A DNA stretch of 64,000 bases from an uncultured Gemmatimonadales bacterium (GCA_963823035.1 CAWGKG010000024.1:26936-90935), one strand, 5' to 3'; shown: positions 1 to 11,569, counted from the stretch's first letter. Notes: generated by a model not told the origin, from the letters alone. Numbers and translations are program-made.

Positions 1-1918
1 CGTGTGCAGGGAGGCGCGCAGCTCCGGATCCAGCTCGAGGATTCGCAGGAGCGTGCGGGTGCGGGCCGGCCGGACGCTCCCCGCGATGTCGACGAGGGCG
101 GGCTCGAGGAAGGGCTGAGCCGACAGGCGGCCCCGACGCGTGAGGATGCGGGCGGCCACCTGCACGTACGTGAGCAGGACCGAGTGCCGCAGGAGGAGAT
201 AGAGGAGCGTGTCGACGTCCTCGAGCGCGCCGTCGTCCTCGCTTCGCTCGGCCAGGACGTCGTCGAAGGTGGCCGTGCGCAGGAAGGCGAGGTAGCCCGG
301 GCTCGGCGAAGCGCCGGCGGGCGTTGCGGTCCGTCGGACCAGCGGCGCACCGAGCGACACCGCCGTCTCGGTCGGAAGGAGGTCGAACACCCGAGCGTCC
401 CCGACCAGGTCGCCGACCGACAGCTGCCTGAGCCGCCCGCGCAGGAGGTCCGCGTGCCGCGCCAGGCGAGGGATCGACCCGGTCCGGCGTCACGCCGGCC
501 GGGGCGAAGAACTGGCTGTCGAAGATCAGCCTCGCGTGGTAGCCGGTCGACATCGGCTGCATGCGCAGGATGTCGACCAGCTGCACGCTACCCTCGCTGC
601 CCGGGCGAAGTCGCGGAGCCCGGTCCCCGGCCGCCTTCCAGGCGGGCAGGAGCCGGAACAGCCCACGCACGAACCGGCTCTTCGCCGCGCTCGACACCGC
701 CAGCAGCTCGAGCGACTGCACCGGCAGAAGCCCGTACGGCTGCCTGCCGACGCGCAGGGTGGGCAGGGGCCCGGTGGGGCGCACGAACTCCACGAAGACG
801 CGCCTCGCCTCCTCGAGGTCCGCCGCCGAGAAGGCCGGCTCGGCACCGGCGGGCTGGGACAGGATCTGGTCGAGGTAGTAGCCACCCGTCACGGGCCACA
901 GCGCCGTCAGCATGGCCCGTGCGTCGGGGTCTCCCCTCCGGTCGGCCCCTTCCACCCCGGTGAGCGTCTTCCAGCGGATGCCCAGGGAGTCGGCCACGTG
1001 CGCCCCGTCGGTCTCGCCGTCGAGCCGCGGTGGATCGGCTTCCACCTCGAAGGTGTCGTCGCCGCGGCTGTCGACGCCCGACGGCGCGGTCGCGTCGTTG
1101 TTCGTGGGCGTGCCCGCCGGGACGAAGGCGAGCCCACGCGTGTAGCGGTGGGCGTCGAGCTGCGCCTCGAGGAGCGCTTCGGCCTTCGCGACGCCCAGGG
1201 AATTGCACACCCCGAACACGAGCAGACGGTCGAGCTTCCGGCCGACGGCCTCGGGCGGGAGGACGACCCGGATCCCCATCCCCACCCGCTCGGCCTCGGC
1301 GAAGTCCACCATCCACAGCATTCCCGCGTCGAGGGCGAGGGCCTCCTCGCCGGCTCCCTCCACGGCCTCGGAGGCGTCGGAGGGGTCCACGCCCACCGCC
1401 AGCTCGTCGGGCACGGGAGCCCCCACCTCGAGGAGCACGCGCTCACCGGCGATGAAGCCGGCCACCACCCACCGGTCGGGAAGGAGACGTGCGCGCGCCG
1501 GGCGGGTCCACGAGGCCTCCCGGATGGGGATGCCGTCCGGGAAGACCGGGGCCGGCCCGCCCTCGCCCACCGGCCGCTCACCGAGGTTCGTGGGCGTCAG
1601 GCAGCGGGCGATCCACGCCGCGCGCTGACCGCCGTAACGCCCCGCCAGCTCGTCGCGCGCGGCGCGCTGAACGTCCGGGTCGGCCTCCGCCGGCCAGATC
1701 CGTTCCCAGTAGCGCCGACCCCACGCCAGCTCGGCGGCGGTCAGCTCCTCCTCGTGCCCGTCCACATGCAGGTCGTCCGGGTAGACACGCACCAGGAGCT
1801 GCTCGCGGTCGTCGCGCACCACGAAGCGCGCCTGGACCTGCACCGGCAGCAGCGCCAGGGGGCGGCTGGTGAGCGGCAACCTGCCGACGAGATCCTGAGC
1901 CTCCGCGAGCGTCTTCAT
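1..1918 (-). CDS. Conserved giant hypothetical protein C, copy 1 (5' part only; runs off window; one frameshift near 490-530)
   Basis: Absent from the ORF track (no stop in window), so translated by hand. ATG at 1918 overlaps the upstream stop (ATGA). It reads MKTLAEAQDLVGRLPLTSRPLALLPVQVQARF...LLVRVYPDDLHVDGHEEELTAAELAWGRRYW, then WMVDFAEAERVGMG, GLAFVPAGTPTNN, LWPVTGGYYLDQIL, PLPTLRVGRQPYGLLPV. All are matched in order by the gene at 29389-34042. Confidence 0.8.
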   Translation of the reverse strand, partial: MKTLAEAQDLVGRLPLTSRPLALLPVQVQARFVVRDDREQLLVRVYPDDLHVDGHEEELTAAELAWGRRYWERIWPAEADPDVQRAARDELAGRYGGQRAAWIARCLTPTNLGERPVGEGGPAPVFPDGIPIREASWTRPARARLLPDRWVVAGFIAGERVLLEVGAPVPDELAVGVDPSDASEAVEGAGEEALALDAGMLWMVDFAEAERVGMGIRVVLPPEAVGRKLDRLLVFGVCNSLGVAKAEALLEAQLDAHRYTRGLAFVPAGTPTNNDATAPSGVDSRGDDTFEVEADPPRLDGETDGAHVADSLGIRWKTLTGVEGADRRGDPDARAMLTALWPVTGGYYLDQILSQPAGAEPAFSAADLEEARRVFVEFVRPTGPLPTLRVGRQPYGLLPVQSLELLAVSSAAKSRFVRGLFRLLPAWKAAGDRAPRLRPGSEGSVQLVDILRMQPMSTGYHARLIFDSQFFAPAGVTPDRVDPSPGAARGPPARAAQAAVGRRPGRGRSGVRPPSDRDGGVARCAAGPTDRNARRRFAEPGLPRLPAHGHLRRRPGRAKRGRRRARGRRHAPLSPPAALGPAHVRAGGRPHPHASGPPVGSALPRARPRRHRGERPAGPHPHAPANPRAGSGAARLPAH

Positions 1919-4617
1919 CGCCGGATCACCCCGCCCCCCGTCGGCGGGCGGAAGATGGGCGGCCGCGGGGGTGGAGGGGGCGGCGGTGGAGGGGGCGGAG
2001 GCGGCGGAGGTTCCGGCGCGTCCACGTGCGGGAGGAGGTGCCGCGCGTGCAGCGCGACGCGGACGGGACGCTGGCGCAGGATGGCCGCCATGTGCGCGGC
2101 GTTCCGCCCCCACGTCGGGCCGGCCGGCGGGGGCGAGAGGAGGTCGGAGAGCTTCAGGTGGTCACCGGGCTCCGTCTTCATGTCCGTCCACGCCAGGTCG
2201 TTCCACGAGGCGAGCGGCTGCGTCCGTGACTCGTCGAGACCGAAGCGCGGCGTGCTCGGCTGCTCCTGGATGACGAAGAACCAACCGGGCCCGGCGCTGC
2301 CGCCGCGGGCCTCCTCTTCGGAAAGGTCGAAGCCCAGGAAGGTGATGTCCGGCTCGATGCGGCCCCGGAAGAGGGGGAGCTTCTCCAGCGTGCCGAGGCT
2401 GGACCCGGTCTCCGCCTCCAGGGCGTAGATCAAGGCGTCGGGATAGCGCTGCAGCAGCGCGCCCCGGATGAGGAGCACCAGCTGCTCCCCGCCCGACGCG
2501 AAGTTGTCCCCCATGTGACTCGTCGGGCTCCACCCGTGGATGGGCGCGAGCTGCTCGAACGTCGCGGGCGCGCCCCCCGCGTCCCAGAAGGTGCGGAAGA
2601 AGGTCGCCCGCAGGTCGCTCGGGAACTCGCGCCAGAGGAGCTCGGAGGCGAGCTCGTGGTTGAGTCCCACCATGAACGCCTCGATGAAGCGGGGGTTGCT
2701 CTCGAGCAGCGTCACCGTGTCCGCCTCGATGGTCCCCACGCCCGGAAGAAGGAGCTCGGGCGACAGGTCGCACAGCGTCTCGTACATCGGCTGGGGGAAG
2801 CTCGGGCCGCCGATGACGCTCGCCCCCGCGTCCACCGGCGGCGTGACGGGGCCCCGGCCCGACGCCAGGCGAGCGTAGAACCGCTTCGGCGCCGTCTGCC
2901 GTGGATCGAGCTTGCCGATCAGCTCGGCCTTGAACGTCGCGGTGAAGGAGAACGTCGGCGGGGGCGGTGGTTGCCTGACCCCCGTGAAGCGATCGAAGTA
3001 CGCCTGCGCCGCGGACACGGCCTGCCGGTAGCGCGCCTGTGCCGGCGTGAGCCGACCGGGAAAGCGGATCCCCTTCACGAGCACGGGGGTCACGAGCCCG
3101 GGCGTCGCGGGGGCGGGATCGATCGCGGGGAGCGCCGTGCCGAGGCGGGTCGCTGCGGCCTGGAGGGCCGTCGTCGCCGTGAACGCTCCGGCGCGCCGCG
3201 ACAGGGTGCCGGCGGGGCGAAGCGCTCGGCGGAACGTCACCGAGCTGAACGACGCCGGCAGACCCTGGCGCGCGAGGCTCGCGTGCAGCGTTTCCGGCGA
3301 GGCGCGCAGGCGCGCGTGCGCCGGACCGAGGAACTGCACGAGCTGCCCCGGATCCATCGGCTGCACACGCCTGCGCACCACGGAGCCCAGCACCGCCACC
3401 GCCACCTCGAGGCGCCGCTCGACGTGCGCCGCGCCGGAAGCGTCCCCGAGCTGATCCCACGCGGCCGCGACGAGCTGCTCCTGGTTGTCCTGCACCACGC
3501 GCGCACCCAGCCCGGCCGGCGTCCGCAGCGACGGATCGAGGTTGAGCTCACGCATCCAGTGGGGCGTCTCCGAGTCGCCCGGCACCGTGACGCGCGAGCC
3601 CTGCCACCGGCCGTAGATGGGCGGGGTCACCACGGCCTCCGTGGCGCTCAGGTCGAGGACTTCGCGCAGCCTGACGCGGAACGCCTCGTCGATCTCCGTC
3701 GGCACGGCGTCCTCGGTGGAGGTCAGCGCCCCTTCGAACACCCTGAGCCCCAGGTCCGCCAGGCCGTAGGGCTGCCCGTCGACGCGCAGGGGACGCCGCC
3801 CCAGCCCGGCCGGCGCCACACGGCCCTGCAGGCGCCGCGCGAGCGTCTCGAAGTCGCCCCCGGAGCCGGTGGCGAACGTCCAGTGATGGTAGACCGGAAG
3901 GCGGACCTCCCGGCCTTCCCCGCTCCACGCGGGCGCGAGCGCCTCGAGGTCCGTCGGCGTCACGTCGAGCCCGAGACCCGCCTTGCGCCCCGCGTCGAAG
4001 GCGGGCACCAGGCAGGCCACGTAGCGCGTGGACGGCTCGAGCCGCCGCGGACAGATCAGGCGAGAGAGGTTCTGGCTCGGGCGGTCGTCGAGGATGGCCC
4101 CGACGTCCTGGCTCTCGTCCGGCTGGATCGCCTGGCCGTGCGCCCAGGCCCAACCCTCGGCCAGGTCGGGCAGCTCGGCGGTGGAGGCCGTGAGGACGGG
4201 GAGCGGCCCTCCGGGGTTGGGCGTGACCCGCGCCTCGTCGCCCTGGTGGACCACCACCAGCGCGAGCCACGGGCGGAGGCGGCCTTGCGCGCCCGCGGTC
4301 GCGGGCGTGAACAGCCAGGGGAAGTCGGGCGGATCGAAGTCGATCGCGGCCAGGAAGTTGGGCTCGAAGTCCGCGCTGTACGCCGGCGGGTCCGTCCGGA
4401 TCACCACGCGCCCGTCGACACCGGTCACGTCCCCGGGGCCGACCATCGTCAGCGCGACGTCCACGGGGGCGTGGTCGTTCACGTCCAGGTGGATCGGGAA
4501 GAGCGACAGGGGCTTGCCGTCGGAGCGTGCCAGCACGGCCGCCAGGTCGTCGGGGTTCCGGAAGGCGTTCGCCGCGCCGCGGCGCACCCACGGAAGGAAC
4601 TGGTACCGGGCCGTCAT
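1915..4617 (-). CDS. Conserved giant hypothetical protein B, copy 1 (900 aa, intact)
   Basis: 3' part of ORF 1915..6102 from the ATG at 4617 (ATGA overlap with upstream stop). Motifs FLPWVRRG, GPGDV, FEPNF, FPWLFTPA, WAWAH, SRLICPRRL, LPVYHHWTFATG, GDFE, ELLWREFP, GWFFVIQEQP..PRFGLD. C-terminal poly-Pro tail. Paralog of 34043-37123. Confidence 0.85.
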   Translation of the reverse strand: MTARYQFLPWVRRGAANAFRNPDDLAAVLARSDGKPLSLFPIHLDVNDHAPVDVALTMVGPGDVTGVDGRVVIRTDPPAYSADFEPNFLAAIDFDPPDFPWLFTPATAGAQGRLRPWLALVVVHQGDEARVTPNPGGPLPVLTASTAELPDLAEGWAWAHGQAIQPDESQDVGAILDDRPSQNLSRLICPRRLEPSTRYVACLVPAFDAGRKAGLGLDVTPTDLEALAPAWSGEGREVRLPVYHHWTFATGSGGDFETLARRLQGRVAPAGLGRRPLRVDGQPYGLADLGLRVFEGALTSTEDAVPTEIDEAFRVRLREVLDLSATEAVVTPPIYGRWQGSRVTVPGDSETPHWMRELNLDPSLRTPAGLGARVVQDNQEQLVAAAWDQLGDASGAAHVERRLEVAVAVLGSVVRRRVQPMDPGQLVQFLGPAHARLRASPETLHASLARQGLPASFSSVTFRRALRPAGTLSRRAGAFTATTALQAAATRLGTALPAIDPAPATPGLVTPVLVKGIRFPGRLTPAQARYRQAVSAAQAYFDRFTGVRQPPPPPTFSFTATFKAELIGKLDPRQTAPKRFYARLASGRGPVTPPVDAGASVIGGPSFPQPMYETLCDLSPELLLPGVGTIEADTVTLLESNPRFIEAFMVGLNHELASELLWREFPSDLRATFFRTFWDAGGAPATFEQLAPIHGWSPTSHMGDNFASGGEQLVLLIRGALLQRYPDALIYALEAETGSSLGTLEKLPLFRGRIEPDITFLGFDLSEEEARGGSAGPGWFFVIQEQPSTPRFGLDESRTQPLASWNDLAWTDMKTEPGDHLKLSDLLSPPPAGPTWGRNAAHMAAILRQRPVRVALHARHLLPHVDAPEPPPPPPPPPPPPPPPRPPIFRPPTGGGVIRR

Positions 4618-7600
4618 GGCGCTTCCTCCGCCTGGAAGGCCGCGACGACCTGGAGGCGGCCGGTGGACGCCGGGGTCGACGCGAGGTGGGCCTCGAGCGC
4701 CTGCTTCGCTGCCGTGTAGGTGAGACCGTCGGCCTCGCCGGGGATCCCGTCCGCGATGCCCGCGGCCTGCAGGTCGTCCACGCCCGCCACCACGTACCCG
4801 GGGGAGCGCACGCGCAGATCCTTCCCGGGTGCGCGGAAGCGCGTCGCGCCCGACGCGCGCAGCGTCGATCGGCCCGCGGGGCCGAAGCCGGCGGCGAGGA
4901 CGGCGAGGTCGCCGCTCAGGAGGCCCGTGCCCCGGGTGCCTCCCGTGGTCCGCACCACCAGGTTGCCGTCGGCGTCCACGATCACCTCGTCGAAGTCCAT
5001 CTCCGACGCGACCGCCTCGTCCGCGGACGCCGGGTCCTGTCCTCCGTAGGACGTGCCCGCGCGCCCGAGGGAGACTCCGGCCGCCAGCCTCTCGAACGAA
5101 GGACGAGCGAGCTTCTCGTCGTCGGTCATCTCGATGAACTCCGCGGGCGCGAAGAACTCGGTGACGGGGCGCAGCTCCCCGACGTGATCGAGGCCCACCG
5201 AGGCGCCCGTGATGTCGAACCGGCGCTCGCCCCCGGGGACGCCCCCCGCGTACCGATCGATGCGGACGCCCAGCGGGACCACCTGCTGACGCACGCTCAG
5301 CTCCCCGAGCGGGTGCAGGAGCACGCCTCCCTCGGGCCGTTTGCGCAGGCTCACCATCATCCGGTTCCCGGCGGGGAGGCCCGCGTTCCAGCTGCTCGCG
5401 TCGTTCAGCGCGGCCAGGAGATCCCCGAGGGGATCCACGCTGGGAAGGCGGGCGGACGGACGGTCGTCGCCGAAGGTGTGGTCGAAGCACTTCGAGACCG
5501 AGAACAGCCAGAGGTCGATGCTGACCTCGCCCTTCAGGCGCTTGGGCTCGGGGCCGGTGAGCTTGCCCACCGAGTGCGCGCCCAGGAGGGTGTGGCCCTT
5601 GTACTTGAGGGCCACCTTGATGTCGAAGTCGGCGACGAAGCGCACGTCGGGCTGCCAGAGCACGTCGATCTGCAGGAAGCCCTCGATGCTGAAGCCGGAG
5701 AACCCGGCGAAGAAGTCGAACTTGCCACCGGCCTGGCGCGTGTTCGAGGAGACGGCGAAGTAGCCGCTGAGGATCAGGCGCAGGCGCTTCGTGTCCGCGA
5801 ACTTGACCGTCACCCGCTCGAGCTTCGGGAACTGCGGCGGGACGGTGAACTCCGGGTGGTAGCCTCCGATCGAGAGCAGGAAGAACGGATCCGATCCCTC
5901 GCGGATGCGCAGCGCCATGTCCCCCGCGAGGGTGACGAAGGCGATGAAGGAGTCGTAGAGGCGGGCGTCGAGCGAGAACTCCTTCTTGTCCAGGTCCCAG
6001 ATCCCCACCGCGTCCATGTGCACGGACAGGATGGTCTTGCCCTTGGTCGGCGCGACGATGTGGAGCTGCCCGAGGAGGACGCGCCTGTGGTTCTCCCCCC
6101 ACTCGAAGATGAGCGCCAGCTCGGCGGTGATGAGCTTCGCCGGGCCCCAGTTGAGCAGCAGGGACACGCCGAAGAGGTGGCGGCCGCGCGCGGGCGGGAA
6201 GACGCTCCGCAGCGTATTGAGCAGGCGGCCGGCGTTCGCGACCGGGTCCTTCGGGAAGAGGACGGCGTCGAGCGTGTGGTTGTGCAGGCCCTCGCGCAGG
6301 ACGTCCGTGTCGAGCGTGCGGTGGACGCCGACGAGAGGCCGAAGCCGCCGATCGAGAAGCCGAGGAAGAGCTGGAGCGGTGGATCGAACTCCAGCGAGAC
6401 GACGATCAGGAAGGAGTACGCCTTGGGCCCGTCCGGCAGGCGCGTGGTCAGGAGGCCGATCGCCTTGAGCGAGAGCCGCTCCTTGATCGTGAGCTCGACC
6501 ACGCCCGCGTACTGCGCCTTCTCGCGATCGAAGAAGAGGAACCCGCCGCCCGAGACCGAGTCGCTGTCGACCACCACGCCGACGCCCGCTGGGCGGCCTG
6601 AAGCCCACGTTGCGCACGTAGAAGTACGGCGGCAGGAGGAGGTGCGCGTCCTCGGGGGGGTCCTCGCCCGTGGCCAGCGCGTTCAGCGTGATGCCGATCT
6701 GCTCGACGCTCGCGCGCACTGGCCCGAGCGTGAGCGAGAAGCTCGTGGCGGCGGTGAACGCCAGCTCCGAGCTGCCCTCCGCGCTCGCGGGGTCGAGGGC
6801 GAGCTGCACGGACTGGATCTTCAGCCCGCCGATCGACTTGTTGATCGGGATCGTGGTCGCGAGCCGCCCGCCGCCCTCCACGTAGACGCCGCGGTCCTGG
6901 TCGGCGGCGAGCCCAAGTCGAACTCGACGCGCACCTCCTTCGACTTGAGCGCGTCGTCGACGAAGCCGTCCGCCTCGTCGGGGCTCGATCACGAGCGCGC
7001 TCTTCTGCGTGGCGGCCTTGATCTTGAAGCCGTCCACGGAGAGGTCGACCTTGAACGAGAAGTCCCCGATCTCCAGGCGGGAGCCGGTCACGTCCGGGAG
7101 GGAGATCGCCGGCCCGACCGTGGCCGGTTGCGCCGGCTCGATCGAGAGCTTCATCCCACCGGTCGGCGCGCCGGTGAAGCTGAAGCGGTCGTCTCCGGAG
7201 AAGTGCACCACCGCGTCCAGCCCGTCGGGCGTGTTCACGGTGATCTTGATCTTGAGCGGACGCTCCTCGCTCCCCGCCGCTCTCCGTGAACACGACCGCG
7301 CCCGCGCAGCGAGAGGAGCAGGCCGAGGCGCCCGTCCTCCTCGACGAGGAAGAAGCTCGTGAGCGTCGCGGACGAGCTCTCGGGCGGGACCCGCCGGCGA
7401 GGAGATCTTGAGGGAGTAGCCGCGGCTCGCGATGCGCTCCGAGAGCGGGACGTCCGGCGCCGGGCGGCAGCTCCCAGCCGTAGATCTGGTCCACCTGCAG
7501 GTCCAGCTCCTTCAGCTTCTTGGCGAGGAACCACTCGAAGAGCGCGAAGACGCCGAGCAGCAAGTGAGTCGGACCACCCGAACGCCTCGAAGCCGATCTG

Positions 7601-8222
7601 GTCCAGCGCGACCTGCTCATCGGGCGTGGGCGGGTGGTCCGGGTCGGGCTCGAGGAGGAGGTCGGCCGCCTGGTCGAGGCGGAAGTGCGCATAGCCCTTC
7701 TTGAAGGCGTCGGGCCAGGCTCTTCCAGTACTCGGGGCGGAAGAGGTTCGCCGGCACCTCGGGCGCGAAGCGCCTCCTCGACGCTGAGCCGCACGTCGAC
7801 CGTGATGGCCCCGAGGAGCCGCATCAGGTAGTAGGTGCCGGGGTGGCGGAACTTGATCAGGTCGACCGTCGCGACCTCGAAGAAGCGGGACACCATCGCG
7901 TCGAGCACGAGCGAAGGGTCCTCCTCCTGCGCGGCCGCGAACACGTCCCGCCAGAAGCCCACGTACGCCTGGATGAACTCGACCGCGACCGCGAGCTGCT
8001 CGGCGTCCGGCTCCACCGAGGAGACGTACGCCTTGATGCCCGCGCTGTCCGGGCGGGCGCCCTTCGCCTTGGCTGAGCCCGCCGGGCGGGAGGCCGAGGT
8101 CGGCCTCGAGCGCGCGCGAGCACGACCGGGTCGGCGGCGACCTCGTCGACGAAGTCCTCGATGTGGTCGACCACGCGCAGGAAGAACCGGCCGATGGCCC
8201 GGAAGACGCCGCCGACGCTCAC
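4614..8222 (-). CDS. DUF6603-domain giant protein A, copy 1 (~1200 aa, several frameshifts)
   Basis: GTG at 8222 overlaps the PhoD stop. Joined from ORFs 7857..8672, 6448..8016, 4614..7238 and 5810..6577. Motifs GGGFL..YAG, IGLLTTRLPDG, LDAVLFPKDPVANA, GDMALR, FLLSIGGYHP, YFAVSSNT, FAPAEFIEMTDDEKLARPSFE. I recognise these from memory as typical of DUF6603-annotated proteins; needs HMM confirmation. Confidence 0.75.
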
Positions 8223-11200
8223 GCCCCTCCCTCCGCCACGTCGTACTCGAGCAGGGGGCGGAGGTCGTCGAAGCGCTCCAGCGGCACCCGGTACACGTTG
8301 ATCAGCGCCGCCTCGTGCTTGCCGGGCGGGTGGCTGTAGAGGTCCTGGCAGGCCACGAGCACGCTCGTCGGCGCGCTCGAAGCGCACGAGCCCGAGGTTG
8401 ACCTGGTAGACCACCCCGCGCGTGAAGCGCAGCTTGGCGAGCTGCGCGGCGTGCCGCTCCGCGATCGCGCGGTAGGAGGCGTGGACGTCGTGGACGTCGA
8501 AGTCGGGCGGCGGTCCGGCGGGGCGAACGAAGTCCGGGCGCTCGCCGTCGGGGCGCTCGTCGCGCACGAGGTCGAGCCGCCAGGCGAAGTCCGGCTGTCG
8601 CTTCACCCGCGTGCCCGGCGGCCAGTCCCGGCCGGGGAGGATCACGGGATCGCGGCCGAGGCGGCCGCGCACCGGGAGGGGGAGGTGCGCGCCCTCGGGG
8701 AGCGCCAGCGGCGCCGGGAAGTGGTCGTTCCAGAGGAGCCGTTCGTCGGGCGTGAGGTCGAGGAGGGTGAAGGCGAAGCCCAGCCCCCGCGCCGAGCGTG
8801 GCGATCAGGTCCTTCGCGTTCTTGATGCCGCTGGACACGAACTGCGCGACGCGGGCGGGACCCGCCTCCTCGAAGACGTCCAGGCGGTCCTCCTCGTCGC
8901 GCACGAGGAAGGTCTTCTTCGCCGTGGGGTCCACGATCGACCACTCGCCGTTGTCCTCGCGCGCCGACAGCACCGCGTCCTCCGAGAGCGGGAGCCCGGC
9001 GGCCGTCGAACGCCGCGAGCACCGCCGGGGTGAGCGTGCCCGCCGTCGAGGTCGGCGCGCAGCGTAGACGGCGAGCGTGAGGCGCTTCGTGCCCTTCTTC
9101 CACCAGCTCAGCTCGGCCCCGTAGCCGAAGTGCACCTCGCCGGAGAGCACCACCACCTTCCCGTACTTCGACAGCCGCTCCAGGAAGCGGTTGAAGGCCA
9201 GGTCGTCACCGGGCCAGATCTCGTTGTCGGGGTCGAGCCCCGTCTGGTTCGCGAACTCCTGGTGGTGCTTGAGCTCGGTGATGCTCGTCATCAGCGGGAC
9301 GATGAGCGAGGTCGCGAGGGCCGGCTGCAGCGCGGGGGTCTGCGAGACGACCACCACCACCTCGATGCCCGCCGGGCAGCGGCTTCTTCTCCGGGTCGGG
9401 GAGCTGGTCGTCGAGCGCCTCGGGGGAGAGCAGCCCCGGCGGCTGGTGGCGCGACCGGAAGACGCGGCGGGTGCGCGTGTCGAGCATGACGCACGCGGTG
9501 CGCCGGCCCGTCCACGGTGAAGTGCCACTTCAGCTCGGGGCGCGGGCTCCGGGTCGGGCTGGTTGAGCGCGAACATCCGCCCGAGCTCCTCCACCACCGG
9601 CGACGGGCGGCCCGCGCTCCGCCGCCGGAGGGAAGTAGCCGATCGCCTGGTCGAGGAGCGCGCGGCAGGGCCCACCCTCGTAGCGCCTGGGGTCGTTCCC
9701 CCAGTCCTGGAAGAGCGCGTACGAGACGAGCGACGAGATGAGCACGCTCCGCCCGAGCGGCGCGGTGTGCACCCGGTCGCGCCACGCGCGCGTGATGTTC
9801 CAGTCGTCCGTCACGTCGTGATCGTCGAAGATCATGTACGTGGGGATGTTCGCGAGCGCGCGCCGGACCCTCGGGAGCGACTGGAAGAGCACCTCGAGCG
9901 TGTCGTGGTCGTTCTGGATCCCCTGCGTCCTTCCTCGGGCGCAGCTTCTCGAGCGCCGCGTTCAGCCTCGCCGGGGACGGACCGCGTGTCGGCCGCGGCT
10001 CGGTGAAGCAGGCGTGCAGGTCCCAGAGCTGCGGCAGGGGGCGACCGGGCGGCACCGCGTACACGTCCTCGACCGGCGCGAGCTTGGGCTTGTCGCCCTC
10101 CATCTCCCACGACCGCGTTCGACCACACCGCGAGGTACATCGCGCAGTACTCGCCGAGGGAGACCAGGTGTGAGGCCAGGTCGCTGCTCGAGAGACTGCG
10201 CCTCGCACTCGAGGATCGGCCGGCGCAGGCCGGCGGGGAAGTGCGCCAGGTCGGCGGGCCAGTAGCGCACGCCGGGCGCGGCCGGGTCGCTCTTGAAGCC
10301 CGCCTTCGACGCGGAAGGGGTCGAGGAAGAGGAGCCCGAAGAGGCGGTCGAAGCACGGGTCGTTGCGGACGCGGACGCGCGCGTCGTTCTTCAGCGCCTC
10401 CAGCGGGTCCTTCCCCTTGGCCTTGCGCCGCGACGAACGACTGCCAGGTCGTCGAAGCCCGGCTGCTTCGGCGCGCCGAGGAAGCGCTCCCGGCTCGCGG
10501 CGTCGGCCTCCGGCGGGTAGAGCGTCGGCAGCAGCTCCGTCCTGCCGATCAGCGCGTTGCCGACGCGGTTGAGCATCGGCAGCATCGCCGTGGCCACGTC
10601 GTCGGCGTAGATCTGGTCGCCCGTGAGGAAGAGCTGGTGCGGCCGGATGTTCGGGTCCAGCGCGGTCGCACCCGGGCCGCCCCGCCGCCACTCGAGGATC
10701 AGGTCGTCGATCCAGGCCATGCCGTCGAACGTCTTCTTCCCCTGGCCCACTCGTAGATCTTCCCCGGCCGGCGGCAGGAGCCGTGGAGGATCCGCAGGTC
10801 GGTCAGCGTCGGCGGCGGGAGCGCGAAGCCCGGCAGCTCGCCCACGTCGTAGCCCAGGGGGAGGTTGGGCCGGCCGTTCAGCGGCGGGTCCGAGAGGAGG
10901 CCCTCGGAGTTGAGGTCGGCCTCCACGTCCACCAGGCTCGGCGCATCGAGCCGCCCTGCTTCACGCCGTCGCGGAAAGGTCCGAAGCCGACGTTGTAGCT
11001 GTAGTTGAGCCCGGGGAACAGCGGCTCGTCCGGGAGGAGCTCCGCGTAGACCACCGCGACGTGAAGGTGGTCGCCCAGCCGCAGGGTGTTCGCGGCCCCC
11101 ATCGCGACCGCGGCGGCGCCCGCGAAGATCCCCGGGCCCCCTCCGGTCTGGACCCGGCCCTCGAAGACAGCGAGGCGCACGGACCTGGGCTCGCTCAGGG

Positions 11201-11276
11201 CGACCCAGATCGACACGAGCGTGGGCTCCACGCGGCGCACGATGGGCCCCGCGAGCAGCAACGGAAAATCGGCCAA
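8219..11276 (-). CDS. PhoD-like (alkaline phosphatase D family) metallophosphoesterase, ~1000 aa, frameshifted
   Basis: TTG start after GGAG. Joined frames give LLLAGPIVRRVEP, HGSCRRP, LFLTGDQIYADDV, IPTYMIFDDHDVTDDW, LDTRTRR, VVLSGEVH, QFVSSGIKN, which are the ordered PhoD-family motifs. Confidence 0.8.
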
Positions 11277-11569
11277 AACGCTACTCCGCCGTCGAACGGG
11301 TGGTGGGAAGCGAACCGGCGGCCGATCAAGATGCGGCGGGGGATTCCGATCGGGAGATCGGTCGTCTGCCAGGCCTCGGGCGACAACGACCCGGGCGCGG
11401 CGACCCCTATCTACGAGGGCCCTCCTCGAAGTCAACGGCGCGGCGCGCGGATTCCCTCCCCGCGCTCCCGGTGGATGCCTTCACGCGCTAGTATACCCGC
11501 ACATCGACCCTGCCCGGCCGCGTCCGCGCGCCCGATCCTCCCGGCAGACCCCTGCTCCGGAGTCCCCGG

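Noticed and set aside
1915..6102. 1395-aa ORF as a single protein
   Set aside because: The part upstream of 4617 is an off-frame reading of the DUF6603 gene; the real start is 4617, matching the paralog start at 37123.
536..7289. Long plus-strand ORFs (536..2428, 2515..4719, 4527..7289) and similar ones such as 38225..40303 and 43238..45478
   Set aside because: Antisense shadows of real minus-strand genes in GC-rich DNA; no family motifs.
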